32,000 nt of DNA from Acaryochloris marina S15 (GTDB taxonomy: Bacteria > Cyanobacteriota > Cyanobacteriia > Thermosynechococcales > Thermosynechococcaceae). Of the stretch, positions 18,501-25,655 are shown one piece after another. Within the stretch, counting starts at the first letter, position 1. Each line of letters opens with the position of its first letter. The stretch is taken from the NCBI RefSeq assembly GCF_018336915.1, contig NZ_CP064924.1:120001-152000 (forward strand). The letters run 5' to 3'. A program made the position numbers and the translations under genes. The notes below the pieces were generated by a model that was not told where the DNA came from, did not search any database, and saw nothing but the letters and a program-made list of their open reading frames with translations.

Positions 18501-21500
18501 ACCAAGAAGTACATGAGCTAATCGCTGACTCTGATTTCTCTTCCATTCCTCTCAGTTCCATTGACTACATGAAATATCGCCTTTCTCAAGAGGGCTATAC
18601 CGTCGATGAGATTACGGGACGAAAAAGCATTATCAATTATCAGGGAGGTGAACTAATCTATGGCCTGCGCTCAAATAGAGAGGTTAAGCCCCAGGCCAAG
18701 ATTGATGTGGTAAATCGCTTTAACGGTGGTGAATTAGATGTCGTAATCCTCAACCGCTCAGGGGCAACAGGTATCAGTCTCCATGCTTCAGAACGGTTTG
18801 CGGACCAACGCCCAAGGCACATGATCGTGGCCCAAGCAGAGCGTGATGTCAACCAAGTCTTTCAGATGTTAGGACGTGCAAATCGCTTTGGACAAGTCGT
18901 GGAACCCAAATTCACTTTGGTGATGGCCGATGTCCCCGCCGAGAAGAGACTCGGAGCCATGCTTGCTAAAAAGATGGCATCTTTGAATGCTAATACTACT
19001 GCCGCACGAGATTCAGATCTGAGCATTGGGAACGTCACGGATTTTGTCAATACCGCTGGAGAGGAGGTGGTTACAGAACTACTGGAAGAACACCCCGAAA
19101 TCGATGCTATGTTGTCCTATCCAAGTCAGGGAAGCGTTGGTGGGACTGATTTCCCTCTTATTAGTAGAACAACAGGCCGCATCCCCCTCTTACCCATCAA
19201 GCAACAAGCAGAACTGTACGACCTGATCGAAACCGAAACCACTGCCCTCATCCAACAGAAAGAAGCGATGGGCGAGAACGTCTTGGAGGCAGACAAGTTG
19301 GACCTCGATGCCCGCACAATTGCCAAGATGGAAGTTGTCCCAGCAGACGCCGCGATCAAGAGCGAGTTCACCGGGCCTGTCAATCTAGAAGTCGTCAATG
19401 CAAAAGTCACGACCAAGCCCCCGATGCAATTGGGAATCATCAACGATGTCCGTGAGAACTTGGGTCAGTCTAGGGTTAAGACGGTGGACGACCATGATTT
19501 TGATGCAATTGAAGACCAGGCCAAGGAGCAGAACCGAGGCTTAAGGAATCAGGTTGAGAATCGATTGAAAACCTATAGTCAGAAAGCAATGGGGGAGGCA
19601 AAAACCCCAGAAGCAGCAAGCCACTTAGAGACAAAATTCGACAAACAAATGGGGCATTTCCAATCGCTCACCAATCGCTTTCGGATTGGCAGCACCGTTC
19701 AGCTTTCTTCAGCAGAAGGCAAGGTTTCCTATGGGGTAATCGCCAACATTGCCGAGAAAGCCAAACCTCTGGGAAGTCCCGCAGCACTGACGAACTGGAA
19801 GATGCAGATCATCACTACTGAAGGCAAAAATATCTCTGTTCCTTTCTCAAAAATCAACTCTGGTAAACCTTCCGCAGTTAGCATCATGCCCCAAGGGAAA
19901 ACCTGGAGAGGAGAGAGCATTTATGAAGATTTTGATAGCAGGCAACAGAATCAGCGCACGGAAATGCAGGTCTTCACTGGCAATCTGATCAAAGCGTATG
20001 AGGAGAATCCTGAAGGCAAGTTCATTAACTTCACCACCAATCAAGGCCAGGTGCGCCAAGGGCTGATCATGCCCGACGACTTCGATATCACTCAGCAGCT
20101 CCGGGAACGTCCCGTGATATTTGAGGAACCCTATCAGGTCAAAGCATTCCTGACAGAGGTGACCAAGAATCTGGGTGTAGTCCATGACAACCCAGAGAAG
20201 AACCTGGCAATCAAGGCCGATGCATCAGCGAAATTGCGCGGCACCCCCATCGAGCATTTTGTGTTGACAGTGCCCAGCTCTACCCGTGTCGGCGGCACGT
20301 TTTTCTTGAATGAAGACTTGCTAGATGCTGCCCAGAGTGAGTTCTTCTCTGTCGCTCATCGGATGGAGATGCATGTTGCCCCTGAGAATCTGGAGGCAGC
20401 GTTGAAGGTGATCATGAAAGACGAGGGCATTCAGATCGCGGCCTTCGACTTCAAGGACATGGCACGGGATTACTTGGGTCAGATGCTGCCGACGATGGAG
20501 CAGATCGAGGAAAACCAATTCGAGCAGCAGGCCAACTTCGTACCTTACGTTGAGCCAACGAAGGGAACCGCAGCCCAGCTTGATATGCTGCTCCAGTCTG
20601 ATGCTGTAGAGCCGAGTGAAATCCCGCAAGTTGAAGCTGTTCAATCTGCACCGGACCAGGACACTACCCAGCCCACCCAGGACAACACCAAGCAGATTGC
20701 CCCACCCGCAAAGCAGGCAGGCAAGGCAGAGCAGTTTGTGGCCCAGTTCCTACATGAGGGGGGATTGGCCCAGGAAGTTCTGAAGGGTGATGATTTCCAC
20801 TTCAAGATCAAGAATGGACCCTATGAACCTCTGGTGGTGGAGCAGCATTCTGACCAGCTTTACCTGACTCACTACTATGAGCAGAATGGGGACTTATGTC
20901 TAGATTCTGAAATGGTCTTTGGAATTGATGGGCAAGGGAAGCTCAATCTTGAAGAGACAGCAGTTCAAAATCCATTTACTGGAGGGGAGTTGCGAGAACT
21001 GGATCGGGAGTTTGGGGGGCTTTTTGCCCAGAACATCGTCAATCAGGGCTTTGCACAAGCAGCTCTAGAGCAGTTGCCTGAGCTATTAAAGGAGCGAGAG
21101 GCAGAGCAGGTTGATGCACCTGAACCTGAAGTTCCAGAATCCGTTATCAAAAAAGTAGATGGTGCAATTGCATCCATCCAGTCATTTAATGAAGCCGTGG
21201 AGGCTGGTCGTTACCTGGATCAGCAGCATGGCGGCAATGGACGATACGAGTATGAAACGTTCCAGAAAAGATCAGTCACTTTCCCCAAAGAAACAATTTC
21301 CAAGTTTCGAGAAATGTGCCCGAAGAATGGGGTCGATGCAGAAAAAGTCTTAAAAGAGTTGGGGTATGTACCACCACTGGAGATGACCAATGCTGCTAAA
21401 GAATGGCTTAGAGAACCAGACAAAACCCAAACAATGGAGTCACAACAGACTGTTGCCGAGAATATCGAGCAGTCACCGCCAGAGACAGTTGTAGATTCGG

Positions 21501-21916
21501 ATATTCAAGAAGTCGCAGCAGAGAAGCCACCGAAGACACCTAGCCAGCCCACAGCAAAAGCGCAGCAGCCTCAGCAGGAAACACCGACCCAGCAAACAGA
21601 AGCACCCAAGCCAAAGCCCAAACCCCAGGCTAAACCAGAGGACTGGGCAATCTACAACTCAGCTTTGAAGCGGGGCCATCCATACCAGGCTAGAGCGAAG
21701 GATCGAGTAGCGGCTTATCAGGGAGGAGTACCGCTCGACACACGGGCGAGTATCGCGTTAGGCAAAGATTTTAAGGAGTTTACGAAGGAGCTGAATTCAA
21801 TTCGGGACTGGTATGGAGCAGCTAAACAATTAGATAGGAAAGCTCCTTACTTAGATCGTATCGCTAAGGTAGGCCAGATAGATCAGAAAATGGTGTCTGA
21901 GACAGCAAAGGTCTGA
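15521..21916 (+). CDS. Giant N6-adenine DNA methyltransferase + strawberry-notch/SNF2-like helicase fusion protein. Its 3' end is replaced by an IS insertion.
   Basis: The MTase part has motif I VYEPSAGHGALV and motif IV VVIANPPYG (~16058-16080). The helicase part has a P-loop LNGDQTGNGKGR (~17284), DExH FIFDEAHEAGG (~17664), and C-terminal lobe motifs VVILNRSGATGISLHA and VFQMLGRANRFGQV. This is the strawberry-notch pattern. The last 13 codons (QIDQKMVSETAKV*) are encoded by the IS left end, which starts at 21875. Confidence 0.9.
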   Translation: MSQQDDLAELFAAEFLAGKAYASIVEARNQASQLLNQPVHPGSPLAKLVDESVEAGLVRAARTIIGHSEDPLKTYTDLIDLTDRQPRLAVRSSTSVKQQAYSTPLPLAYLAANLAGITAESSVYEPSAGHGALVLNATPENCTVNELNPDRAADLRRQGFTVTEQDASTYLPEQLHDVVIANPPYGRIWGDDKRAKHFKTPGNSRGTSQIDQAISLQALQVMKPDGRGVLLLGGKPETDPGERAEAYNTIESRGFFYALYQQYNVTQHITVARDLYKKQGAHWPLDLIVIEGRGKSQLPLPAVEPPKIYESFEELRGLLNDSIQATTQLPRLPEVHKGLDAQGTGGPGNILGESANRSRVDGSERLPGVDELSDGMDVRELDEGLWGDSGGTSPDANQHIISTESGPESTHALRGGRRDQRIDPSMGDGISVGSQPPRIQRNLDELVPADQSRSGLPSGSDTASTHVPGVLDGEARRSDNRSISDGIESRIQVNDTFIEDSDMAAEFNTAYVPRSKGRSPNTLIPTNMAVSAQQALDRFEQEHGDIDEFVMDRLGYDSKGQMYDVLYAEQIDSLALAFDQKDKGKIFLNGDQTGNGKGRFGAANIIDAQRQGYIPIFVTQKPNLYASMIQDLADIGRPGFSPFMTDSELDLHLEDGRTLRTSGLKDQENEMHRLTQIGLGGYDAIFTSYNQLQTISKKEPYRRQFLRALASRAVFIFDEAHEAGGGSSSQSWKSSNAAPNRAEFVRELVDASAGTVFMSATATKNPAVMDLYARRTDAIHAVNSMDNLENTLKAGGIPLQQMMATQFVSSGNMLRRERTFENISFSAKTVPVDHGIADNIAAIMRGIDRFDRAKSKAMEELNKEVRKEAKSASEDNAIGKSGASSLNFTSLMHNAIDQGLLSQKAEATVQEAIAALKRGEKPLIAVANTMNSFIADYAKDREIKTGDAINVTFGDVLERYLTRSKDVQITDYQGISDTRPMTEAELGVEAVEAYQEVHELIADSDFSSIPLSSIDYMKYRLSQEGYTVDEITGRKSIINYQGGELIYGLRSNREVKPQAKIDVVNRFNGGELDVVILNRSGATGISLHASERFADQRPRHMIVAQAERDVNQVFQMLGRANRFGQVVEPKFTLVMADVPAEKRLGAMLAKKMASLNANTTAARDSDLSIGNVTDFVNTAGEEVVTELLEEHPEIDAMLSYPSQGSVGGTDFPLISRTTGRIPLLPIKQQAELYDLIETETTALIQQKEAMGENVLEADKLDLDARTIAKMEVVPADAAIKSEFTGPVNLEVVNAKVTTKPPMQLGIINDVRENLGQSRVKTVDDHDFDAIEDQAKEQNRGLRNQVENRLKTYSQKAMGEAKTPEAASHLETKFDKQMGHFQSLTNRFRIGSTVQLSSAEGKVSYGVIANIAEKAKPLGSPAALTNWKMQIITTEGKNISVPFSKINSGKPSAVSIMPQGKTWRGESIYEDFDSRQQNQRTEMQVFTGNLIKAYEENPEGKFINFTTNQGQVRQGLIMPDDFDITQQLRERPVIFEEPYQVKAFLTEVTKNLGVVHDNPEKNLAIKADASAKLRGTPIEHFVLTVPSSTRVGGTFFLNEDLLDAAQSEFFSVAHRMEMHVAPENLEAALKVIMKDEGIQIAAFDFKDMARDYLGQMLPTMEQIEENQFEQQANFVPYVEPTKGTAAQLDMLLQSDAVEPSEIPQVEAVQSAPDQDTTQPTQDNTKQIAPPAKQAGKAEQFVAQFLHEGGLAQEVLKGDDFHFKIKNGPYEPLVVEQHSDQLYLTHYYEQNGDLCLDSEMVFGIDGQGKLNLEETAVQNPFTGGELRELDREFGGLFAQNIVNQGFAQAALEQLPELLKEREAEQVDAPEPEVPESVIKKVDGAIASIQSFNEAVEAGRYLDQQHGGNGRYEYETFQKRSVTFPKETISKFREMCPKNGVDAEKVLKELGYVPPLEMTNAAKEWLREPDKTQTMESQQTVAENIEQSPPETVVDSDIQEVAAEKPPKTPSQPTAKAQQPQQETPTQQTEAPKPKPKPQAKPEDWAIYNSALKRGHPYQARAKDRVAAYQGGVPLDTRASIALGKDFKEFTKELNSIRDWYGAAKQLDRKAPYLDRIAKVGQIDQKMVSETAKV

Positions 21917-21957
21917 AAAGCTTATACTTCAGTGACTCTGAGCGTAGCGAATTAGTC

Positions 21958-22494
21958 ATGACTGAAAAACAAGCCCATCAAAATCGTACGGCAATTGTTC
22001 ATTTTGGTGCAACCAAACAAGACTATTTAGACCTGGTGCAAGCAGACAATCGCCGCCCCTTAATCGAGTATCTGCAAGCGCCCCTGACAGCCCAACTCTC
22101 TCCAGAACGTCATAAGCCCTGCTGCCGTGATACCAGTCGTTATACGCTCCATGCTTTACGAGAGCGCCAAGTTCAAGGGTGGTTAGGACCAGTCGAGACA
22201 ATCCCTATCTGTCGAGTGCGCTGCCAAAGCTGTCGAGCCGTTTTCACGGTTTTGCCCAGCTTTATCCTGCGCTATCGTCGTCAAGATGCCGACTGCTTGG
22301 GGAAACTGCTGGAGTTGAATTTAGGCATGGGACTGAGCAACAGAGAGACGGCTACGATTTATAGCTGGCAGGGAGCAGAGCGAGGTTGGCAACCCGGTTG
22401 GGTTTGGAGTCTGGTGCAGTGGTTGGGGAACTTGATGCCTGTGTATTTACTTTTACTGCGTCTGGGACTCACCCCCCGCCCATTTACTCAGTGA
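21958..22494 (+). CDS. Copy A transposase ORF1 (Cys-rich / HTH N-terminal part)
   Basis: 178 aa, reading ...HKPCCRD...CRVRCQSCRAVFTVLPSFILRYRRQDADCLGKLLELNLGMGLSNRETATIY.... It ends at TGA 22492-22494, overlapping the +1-frame ORF2. Confidence 0.65.
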   Translation: MTEKQAHQNRTAIVHFGATKQDYLDLVQADNRRPLIEYLQAPLTAQLSPERHKPCCRDTSRYTLHALRERQVQGWLGPVETIPICRVRCQSCRAVFTVLPSFILRYRRQDADCLGKLLELNLGMGLSNRETATIYSWQGAERGWQPGWVWSLVQWLGNLMPVYLLLLRLGLTPRPFTQ

Positions 22495-22829
22495 CGAGAA
22501 GTTTGCCAGTTTAGAGAGGGAGCAAATCTACTTGTTTTTGGTGGCTCAAGCTGAATTGATTTGGTATACCGAATTGATGAAGTCCACGGATGAGGATGCT
22601 TTTCAAGTCACCATCCATCGGTTTCTGACGGAAATGGACGCCGCCGCACAAGCCACAGGTCACTTAGATCAAGCACAACTGTATGTCCCCGCATCGGTGA
22701 CCACCGACGGCTGGGTCGCTTCTCAAAATGCTTGGATATCTGAGGTTGGCCTCGACTTGATAGAGTGCAAACTCCATGGCCAAAAACGGGTGAGTGCCAC
22801 GTTTGATGATTTCTCAAAGACCCACCCTG
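22436..22829 (+). pseudogene. Copy A transposase ORF2, 5' part (cut by insertion of copy B)
   Basis: The frame is open from 22436 (...HLLSDEKFASLEREQIYLFLVAQAELIWY...SKTHP). It then runs into the copy B IRL and stops. The remainder resumes at 24279. Confidence 0.75.
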
Positions 22830-22912
22830 CAGATAGATCAGAAAATGGTGTCTGAGACAGCAAAGGTCTGAAAAGCTTATACTTCAGTGACTCTGAGCGT
22901 AGCGAATTAGTC

Positions 22913-23448
22913 ATGACTGAAAAACAAGCCCATCAAAATCGTACGGCAATTGTTCATTTTGGTGCAACCAAACAAGACTATTTAGACCTGGTGCAAGCAG
23001 ACAATCGCCGCCCTTAATCGAGTATCTGCAAGCGCCCCTGACAGCCCAACTCTCTCCAGAACGTCATAAGCCCTGCTGCCGTGATACCAGTCGTTATACG
23101 CTCCATGCTTTACGAGAGCGCCAAGTTCAAGGGTGGTTAGGACCAGTCGAGACAATCCCTATCTGTCGAGTGCGCTGCCAAAGCTGTCGAGCCGTTTTCA
23201 CGGTTTTGCCCAGCTTTATCCTGCGCTATCGTCGTCAAGATGCCGACTGCTTGGGGAAACTGCTGGAGTTGAATTTAGGCATGGGACTGAGCAACAGAGA
23301 GACGGCTACGATTTATAGCTGGCAGGGAGCAGAGCGAGGTTGGCAACCCGGTTGGGTTTGGAGTCTGGTGCAGTGGTTGGGGAACTTGATGCCTGTGTAT
23401 TTACTTTTACTGCGTCTGGGACTCACCCCCCGCCCATTTACTCAGTGA
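22913..23448 (+). pseudogene. Copy B transposase ORF1, inactivated by a 1-bp deletion
   Basis: It is identical to copy A ORF1 except cgccgccctta versus cgccgcccctta. This gives ...DNRRP then TAA at 23015-23017. The ORF track only recovers the distal part (23170-23448). Confidence 0.85.
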
Positions 23449-24253
23449 CGAGAAGTTTGCCAGTTTAGAGAGGGAGCAAATCTACTTGTTTTTGGTGGCT
23501 CAAGCTGAATTGATTTGGTATACCGAATTGATGAAGTCCACGGATGAGGATGCTTTTCAAGTCACCATCCATCGGTTTCTGACGGAAATGGACGCCGCCG
23601 CACAAGCCACAGGTCACTTAGATCAAGCACAACTGTATGTCCCCGCATCGGTGACCACCGACGGCTGGGTCGCTTCTCAAAATGCTTGGATATCTGAGGT
23701 TGGCCTCGACTTGATAGAGTGCAAACTCCATGGCCAAAAACGGGTGAGTGCCACGTTTGATGATTTCTCAAAGACCCACCCTGATTGGCTACCTGACCAA
23801 CTCCAACAACTCAAAGATGATTTCGATTCAGTTCTAAATGCTTCTTCACTAGCGTCTTATTCCCAAAGGGTGCGACGCAATCGTGAACGCTATGGCCATG
23901 AACCGACGTTGCTCAAGCGATTGGATATTCTCAAGCACAAACGCTTTCTGTTTACGAATCACCTAAAACATAAAGACGCTTCCGCCTATTCTGCACCTTT
24001 AGATCGCTCCATGCGATTCTTGGACAAGAAGCTCATAAAATTTGGGCAATATCGAGCAGAGGATGCCATTAATCCCATGGTGAATGCCTGGGCGATTGTG
24101 AATAATCTACGACAGTTTCTCCCTGATGCGAAAAAGGCGGGGCAATCTTTAGCGGAACATTTCGGAGTTCAGCTCAAAGGTATGCCTTGGATGGAGGCTC
24201 TTAACCTATGCACCATGGGAAGTCTGGATATCATGCTTGCGCCTACTTTCTAG
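23390..24253 (+). CDS. Copy B transposase ORF2 (putative catalytic part, intact reading frame)
   Basis: The frame is open from 23390, and the first canonical start is TTG 23486. It contains SDEKF, SVTTDGWVASQNAW and a conserved-looking C-terminus, ...PLDRSMRFLDKKL...NAWAIVNNLRQFLP...AEHFG. The stop TAG 24251-24253 abuts the IRR. I could not assign a family by eye. Confidence 0.6.
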   Translation, partial: CLCIYFYCVWDSPPAHLLSDEKFASLEREQIYLFLVAQAELIWYTELMKSTDEDAFQVTIHRFLTEMDAAAQATGHLDQAQLYVPASVTTDGWVASQNAWISEVGLDLIECKLHGQKRVSATFDDFSKTHPDWLPDQLQQLKDDFDSVLNASSLASYSQRVRRNRERYGHEPTLLKRLDILKHKRFLFTNHLKHKDASAYSAPLDRSMRFLDKKLIKFGQYRAEDAINPMVNAWAIVNNLRQFLPDAKKAGQSLAEHFGVQLKGMPWMEALNLCTMGSLDIMLAPTF

Positions 24254-24278
24254 CAGACACCATTTTCTGATCTATCTG

Positions 24279-24755
24279 CACCCTGATTGGCTACCTGACC
24301 AACTCCAACAACTCAAAGATGATTTCGATTCAGTTCTAAATGCTTCTTCACTAGCGTCTTATTCCCAAAGGGTGCGACGCAATCGTGAACGCTATGGCCA
24401 TGAACCGACGTTGCTCAAGCGATTGGATATTCTCAAGCACAAACGCTTTCTGTTTACGAATCACCTAAAACATAAAGACGCTTCCGCCTATTCTGCACCT
24501 TTAGATCGCTCCATGCGATTCTTGGACAAGAAGCTCATAAAATTTGGGCAATATCGAGCAGAGGATGCCATTAATCCCATGGTGAATGCCTGGGCGATTG
24601 TGAATAATCTACGACAGTTTCTCCCTGATGCGAAAAAGGCGGGGCAATCTTTAGCGGAACATTTCGGAGTTCAGCTCAAAGGTATGCCTTGGATGGAGGC
24701 TCTTAACCTATGCACCATGGGAAGTCTGGATATCATGCTTGCGCCTACTTTCTAG
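24279..24755 (+). pseudogene. Copy A transposase ORF2, 3' part
   Basis: It is identical in translation to the C-terminal 157 aa of copy B ORF2 (HPDWLPDQLQQLKDDF...MLAPTF*). ORF-track entry 24237-24755 is read-through from the copy B IRR. Confidence 0.8.
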
Positions 24756-24788
24756 CAGACACCATTTTCTGATCTATCTGAGGTAGGC

Positions 24789-25157
24789 AATGAATATAAG
24801 CAGGGCAAACCGCTCTCCGATAGAGCCAGAACCACTATGAAGCAAGACATCAATCAATCTTCCTACAATCGATTTTCAGAAGGATTGAGTCAGGAGAACC
24901 CAGAGGTATTTCTAACCAGGCTGGCCGCGAATGCTTCAAAGGCAGGGCTGACGCCACCTAAAGTTATGGGTACTTTGTCTGTTGCTTCAGAAGTACAATC
25001 TATTCGCTACCAACAGGGAGAACAGGCTAGCCTCAAGTATTCCCGAAAGATCATGATGAAGGGATTAAAACTTAAAAACCAGGAGCGACCAAAAACCATC
25101 GTTCCACAACAACAACGAACCCAAGAAGTTAATCAAAACCGGGGAATTGGAAGATGA
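24789..25157 (+). pseudogene. Displaced 3' end (122 codons) of the giant MTase-helicase ORF
   Basis: Removing 21875-24788 (IS plus one TSD copy) joins ...DRIAKVG to NEYKQGKPLSDRARTTMKQDINQSS... in frame with no stop. 24789 is in phase with both 15521 and the ORF at 24837-25157. Confidence 0.85.
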
Positions 25158-25420
25158 ACGACGATCTCGAACTATCACCAGAAATTATTGAAGGCGCAAA
25201 AATCATTCGGTTGGGTCAATCATTGATCCAGCTAAAAAATGCAATGGAACACGCTGAAATAAGAGCAGGAGAATCTATCACGAATGCTGGGGCGCTTGAT
25301 AGAGCAGAGATTGTGACTGAGATTCAATCACTCCTCATCAATATCAAATCTATACGGGAAAAGCTGAAAAACCCCCAAATCCAGGAATGGACTGCGGCAG
25401 AGGAGGAGATTCCATTTTGA
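25154..25420 (+). CDS. Hypothetical 88-aa protein
   Basis: Its ATG overlaps the stop of the preceding reading frame (aGATGAac, a 4-nt ATGA overlap at 25154-25157). I recognised no motif. Confidence 0.45.
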   Translation: MNDDLELSPEIIEGAKIIRLGQSLIQLKNAMEHAEIRAGESITNAGALDRAEIVTEIQSLLINIKSIREKLKNPQIQEWTAAEEEIPF

Positions 25421-25655
25421 TGGAATGCTTGTCAACACTGGAAACACTAGTACATTGGCTTCCCTATCCTCCACCTCCTCTGATAACCCGCTATCTTGTT
25501 TCGAAAAGTTGGCTAGTTTCTTTTTAGGAGGATCAGTTCACACAAGATATCAAGTTCTTCTTCTTAAGATTGTCTATAGGAATATTTATATTTTTTATTC
25601 GTAGTAGCTTTATATTTCTAGTATTCTGACTGAGATGAATTCTATATAAAAAAGC

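Larger units (their letters stand above)
22830..24278 (+). mobile_element. Inner IS copy B (1449 bp), inserted into copy A in the same orientation
   Basis: It has the same 25-bp IRs (22830-22854 and 24254-24278). The 7-bp direct repeat caccctg flanks it (22823-22829 and 24279-24285), and that sequence occurs once at the equivalent site of copy B (23777-23783). By eye, B differs from A only by C4 to C3 (22056-22059 versus 23011-23013). Confidence 0.9.
21875..24780 (+). mobile_element. Outer IS copy A (1450 bp of its own sequence), interrupted by a nested copy of the same IS
   Basis: The 25-bp perfect terminal inverted repeats are cagatagatcagaaaatggtgtctg (21875-21899) and cagacaccattttctgatctatctg (24756-24780). 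The 8-bp direct repeat aggtaggc flanks it (21867-21874 and 24781-24788). Its own sequence is 21875-22829 plus 24286-24780. Confidence 0.9.

Noticed and set aside
21880-24790. Large direct repeats with duplicated ORFs (22179-22364 = 23133-23318; 22608-22817 = 23562-23771; 23486-24253 and 24237-24755 share a tail). These could have been a tandem gene duplication or a repeat array.
   Set aside because: Each repeat unit is bounded by the same 25-bp inverted repeats and its own short direct repeat, so the pattern is fully explained by one IS inserted into another. The short internal and antisense ORFs (21956-22201, 22179-22364, 22608-22817, 22723-22914 and their copies) have no independent support.
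25420-25527. A 35-codon frame (MECLSTLETLVHWLPYPPPPLITRYLVSKSWLVSF) whose ATG overlaps the stop of the 88-aa ORF (TGATG)
   Set aside because: It is too short and featureless to support. The overlap could be chance, and the frame lies at the composition boundary of the AT-rich island.
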